Shown here: piece after piece, positions 60,667 through 64,000 of the stretch | Layout: the number at the start of each line of letters is the position of its first letter | How positions within the stretch are numbered: the stretch's first letter is position 1 | NCBI GenBank assembly: GCA_963718615.1 | Contig: OY970368.1 | Span: forward strand, 2,528,001 to 2,592,000 | Length of the DNA stretch: 64,000 bases | Direction of reading: 5' to 3' | From: an uncultured cyanobacterium | GTDB taxonomy: Bacteria > Cyanobacteriota > Cyanobacteriia > PCC-9006 > JAAUQQ01 | The notes under the pieces: generated by a model | Seen by the model: only the letters and a program-made list of their open reading frames with translations | The model's database searches: none | What the model was told of the DNA's origin: nothing | Translations under genes and position numbers: made by a program

Positions 60667-62718
60667 ATGAAACCCCTGTCATCCTCCAAAACGACCAAGC
60701 GTATTGTGCTAGCAGTTGATTCTGGCAGTTTTGCCACTGGGTTTTTAGTCACGATGGAAATCAGTGATGCGGGGAAAGCGCCTCATCAGATTATTCAAGG
60801 ACGGCTGCCCTCTGGCCCAAGGCTGCCCCAATTGTATGATGATTGGCGATCGCTCTATCTTCAGCTCGAACAACAGCGGATCATTGTCCCCCCTGCACAA
60901 ATTACTAATGAATCTGCCTGGGAGAGCTGTCGGGGGAAAGCCACAGAATTTACTCAGGCCATGGAGCGATGGCTCAATCGACCGGAAATTTTGAAATTAC
61001 AGATGCAGTTTCAGGCGGCAGTTTCTCCCCACGAGTCGGCTCAATTAATCTTAAAAACCGAGGATCCGCTGCTTTTGCGCTTGCCTTGGCATCGGTGGGA
61101 TTTGTTTAGTCATTATCCTCAATTGGGCTTGGCGCTCAACAGTTTCTATGTGCCAGCGGTGTCGGCACCGATGGGATCACCTGTGCAGATTTTGGCTGTG
61201 TTTGGTCATGATCATGGGTTAGAAATTGAGGGCGATCGCCAGCTTTTACAACAGCTTGTGGGGGCCAAGATTACGTTTCTCGATCAGCCCAATCGCAAAC
61301 AGCTCAATGAAATGCTCTGGAAGCAACCCTGGGACATTCTGTTTTTTGCAGGACATAGCCGCAGTGAAGCGGACTGTCAAAATGGTCAAATTCAAATCAA
61401 TGATGAAGATTCGCTATTTTTATCGGATTTAGACAAGGGATTGCAGACAGCGGTGCAACGGGGATTAAAACTCGCCATTTTTAACTCCTGCGATGGACTG
61501 GGATTGGCCCAGGGATTAGTGAAATTTAAGATTCCCTACACGGTCGTGATGCGCGAACCCGTCCCCGATCTGGTCGCCCAAACCTTTTTACGTTACTTTC
61601 TCGAAACCTTTGTCAAGGGAGAACCGCTGCATCTGGCGTTGCGGACTGCACGGGAAAAGTTAGAGGGGTGCGAGGACAAGTATCCCTGCGCCTCCTGGTT
61701 ACCCGTGATTTGTCAAAATCCTTCGGCTCCGGTGCTGCATTGGCCCCAATCCTTTCCGGTCCGAAAAGTGGGTATTGGCGTAGGGGTCGTCGCGTTAACG
61801 GTTTTGGCTGTGGGTTTCTTGAGCGTTTGGCCTCGATCGGGGCCACAGATCAAGCGTGATGTCCTAACACCTTCTGTCTCGGCTCAGCATTTGACTGATG
61901 CTCCAGCAACAAGTCTAGCGAATTCAGCCATCCCAATGGATGAACGCTTTAGTTTAGGGGAACGGGTGCTGATTACGGCAACAGAAAATCCAAGCACCAA
62001 GCAAGAGGCCACTCAAGCTTTTTTGCGGGGGGATTATGAGGGGGCGATCGCCCAATTCAAAAGCACCCTAGAATACGCTCCTAACGATCCCGAAACCCGC
62101 ATCTATCTCAACAATGCCAAAGCTGCTCAATCCGGTCATTGGATACGCATTGCTGCCAGCGTTCCCATTAGTGGTAATCTCAATATTGCCCAGGAAAGGC
62201 TGCGGGGAATTGCCCAAGCCCAAGACGATTACAATCGTACGGCTCAGACCCAGGGGACACCGTTGCTGCAAATTCAAATTGCCAATGATGACAACAGCGC
62301 AGAGGTCGGTGAACGCATTGCCGAGCGACTGGTACAAGACCACAAAATCCTAGCCGTCATTGGCCATAGTGCCAGCACGGTTTCCCTCGCCGCTGGCAAA
62401 ATTTATCAAAAAGAAGGGTTGGTGATGATCAGTCCAACCAGCGGGGCTACGGAGCTTTCTAATCTCGGCAATTACATTTTTCCCCTGAAAGCCCGTCAGC
62501 TTGGGGGCGACGAGAGTAACTGGCGTACAGCGCTTTCCGATGATGCCATCCAAGCATATGATGCCACCCAAGCGATTATCAAAGGTTTACAAGGTTTACA
62601 AGGCGATCATCTAACCATGCGTACAGGCTTGCAACAGGCCCTTTCAAAGCTTTTAGGGCAAATTCAACCCGACCCCCAAAGCGGTTTTGGCTATCGGTTT
62701 ATGCCAGTGCCTAAGTGA
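60667..62718 (+). CDS. CHAT protease - TM - TPR - periplasmic-binding-protein-like sensor
   Basis: LPWHRW, WDILFFAGHS, LAIFNSCDGL, VMREPV; TM near 61770-61830; PNDPETRIYLNNA; LRGIAQAQ, IANDDN, AVIGH, MISPTS. Confidence 0.85.
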   Translation: MKPLSSSKTTKRIVLAVDSGSFATGFLVTMEISDAGKAPHQIIQGRLPSGPRLPQLYDDWRSLYLQLEQQRIIVPPAQITNESAWESCRGKATEFTQAMERWLNRPEILKLQMQFQAAVSPHESAQLILKTEDPLLLRLPWHRWDLFSHYPQLGLALNSFYVPAVSAPMGSPVQILAVFGHDHGLEIEGDRQLLQQLVGAKITFLDQPNRKQLNEMLWKQPWDILFFAGHSRSEADCQNGQIQINDEDSLFLSDLDKGLQTAVQRGLKLAIFNSCDGLGLAQGLVKFKIPYTVVMREPVPDLVAQTFLRYFLETFVKGEPLHLALRTAREKLEGCEDKYPCASWLPVICQNPSAPVLHWPQSFPVRKVGIGVGVVALTVLAVGFLSVWPRSGPQIKRDVLTPSVSAQHLTDAPATSLANSAIPMDERFSLGERVLITATENPSTKQEATQAFLRGDYEGAIAQFKSTLEYAPNDPETRIYLNNAKAAQSGHWIRIAASVPISGNLNIAQERLRGIAQAQDDYNRTAQTQGTPLLQIQIANDDNSAEVGERIAERLVQDHKILAVIGHSASTVSLAAGKIYQKEGLVMISPTSGATELSNLGNYIFPLKARQLGGDESNWRTALSDDAIQAYDATQAIIKGLQGLQGDHLTMRTGLQQALSKLLGQIQPDPQSGFGYRFMPVPK

Positions 62719-62751
62719 GTCTTTCTAAGTGAGTCTTGCGAAGTTTGTATC

Positions 62752-63399
62752 TCAATGCCAAAACTTAGCCGCGAGTAGCGCCGCTTGGGTGCGATCGCGC
62801 ACGCCCAACTGTCCCAAAATCCGATTCACGTGGTTTTTGACGGTCCGCTCCGCAATGACAAGAGCTTGGGCAATTTCACGATTGCTATAGCCCTGGGCAA
62901 TCAAGCCTAAAACTTCCTGTTCTCGGGGGGTCAGTTGATCCAGGGCCGGCGGCGTTGTTTCGGCTTCGGTTCCAGGCATTTCCGTTGCTGGGGCTGCCAT
63001 GAGTTTCTCCAGCAACCCCGGTCCCATTTGGGTATAGCCCTTTTGAACGGCTCGAATGGCCACGGCAATTTCCTGGGAAGGCGTATCCTTGAGCAAATAG
63101 CCCTTGGCTCCCTGCTGCATGGCCTGGGCAATGTACTCGTCGTCGTCAAAGGTGGTGAGGATTAACACCTTGCTATCGGGCACCTGAGCCGTGATCGACG
63201 CCGTGGCTGCAACCCCATCCATCACGGGCATACGCACATCCATCAAGACCACATCCGGCTTGAGCCGACAGGCCAGTTCGACCGCCATCTGGCCATTTTC
63301 TGCTTCACCCACCACCGTCAGATCCGGTTGAGCTTCCAGTAAGTTGCGTAGACCTTCTCGGATAATATTTTGGTCATCGACCAGGAGCAATTGAATCAT
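62752..63399 (-). CDS. NarL/LuxR-family response regulator
   Basis: LLVDDQ, MDVRMP, LTPREQEVL..IAQG.SNREIA..TVKNHV. Confidence 0.95.
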   Translation of the reverse strand: MIQLLLVDDQNIIREGLRNLLEAQPDLTVVGEAENGQMAVELACRLKPDVVLMDVRMPVMDGVAATASITAQVPDSKVLILTTFDDDEYIAQAMQQGAKGYLLKDTPSQEIAVAIRAVQKGYTQMGPGLLEKLMAAPATEMPGTEAETTPPALDQLTPREQEVLGLIAQGYSNREIAQALVIAERTVKNHVNRILGQLGVRDRTQAALLAAKFWH

Positions 63400-63402
63400 G
63401 GG

Positions 63403-64000
63403 TCAACCTGAAACGGCTTTGAAATCTGTAGGAATAACTGGAATAAAAAGGGTTATCGTACTGCCTTTCCCAGACTCACTCTCAATCTGAAACGTTCCGC
63501 CTACGGCCAAAATCCGCTCTTGCATGCCCTGGAGCCCAAACCCCGTTGTATTTTGGCTGGGATCAAATCCCTTGCCATTGTCACTGAGCTGTAGGTGGAG
63601 CCCGACGCCGTGTTGATGTAGCCGGAGGGCGATCGCCCCCGCCTGACTATGTTTCGTAATATTCGTCAACGCCTCTTGAATCACCCGATAGATCGCAATA
63701 TTGACCTCCGGGGCGGGCTGTCTCGCGAGCTGCATGCTGACCTCGGTTTTGATTTGGGTATGGCGTTGAAATTCCTGAAGGAGTTCCTCAATGGCAGCTT
63801 CGAGGCTTTTGCCCTGGAGGGGATGGGACCGCAATGTCGCCACCGACTGTCGAACATTTTGCAGCGCTTCCCTGCCGAGCCGCCGAGCCTGCAAGAGTCG
63901 GGCTTCCGCTTGATCGAGATCCCGGTGAAGCAACATCGCCACATTTTCTAACTGAATACTCTGGGCGGTGAGGCAATGCCCCACTGAATCATGGATTTCG
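63403..64000 (-). CDS. HisKA_3 (NarX-like) sensor kinase, 5' part beyond the window
   Basis: EIHDSVGH at the window edge, QEALTNITKH, DNGKGF, GFGLQGMQER. Confidence 0.92.
   Translation of the reverse strand, partial: EIHDSVGHCLTAQSIQLENVAMLLHRDLDQAEARLLQARRLGREALQNVRQSVATLRSHPLQGKSLEAAIEELLQEFQRHTQIKTEVSMQLARQPAPEVNIAIYRVIQEALTNITKHSQAGAIALRLHQHGVGLHLQLSDNGKGFDPSQNTTGFGLQGMQERILAVGGTFQIESESGKGSTITLFIPVIPTDFKAVSG

Overview
Chromosomal segment of a cyanobacterium: the HIP1 octamer GCGATCGC is very frequent, and petN, groEL2 with CIRCE and cyanobacterial DUF1822/ComFB/DUF1997 genes are present. Most of it is housekeeping or stress genes (typA, clpS, petN, class I fbaB, lepA, hpnP, aroC, groEL2, thiO, two hsp20, tRNA-Leu(GAG), accC, family-4 UDG). 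An IS1-family element with an 8-bp target duplication splits an RTX-like gene, and a sugar-binding-protein gene is frameshifted. Best candidate new system (36.6-48.7 kb): a five-gene secreted DUF11/outer-membrane-barrel operon whose proteins carry complementary halves of a DUF11-like domain (N-terminal 'donor' strands, C-terminal truncated 'acceptor' domains). This suggests a polarised, donor-strand-assembled, possibly isopeptide-crosslinked fibre with base, shaft, tip, chaperone and pore. Second candidate (58.5-62.7 kb): a sigma-like factor, a DUF1822 protein and a membrane-anchored CHAT (caspase-like) protease whose periplasmic sensor seems reduced to one Venus-flytrap lobe. All family calls come from reading motifs by eye; no database searches were run.
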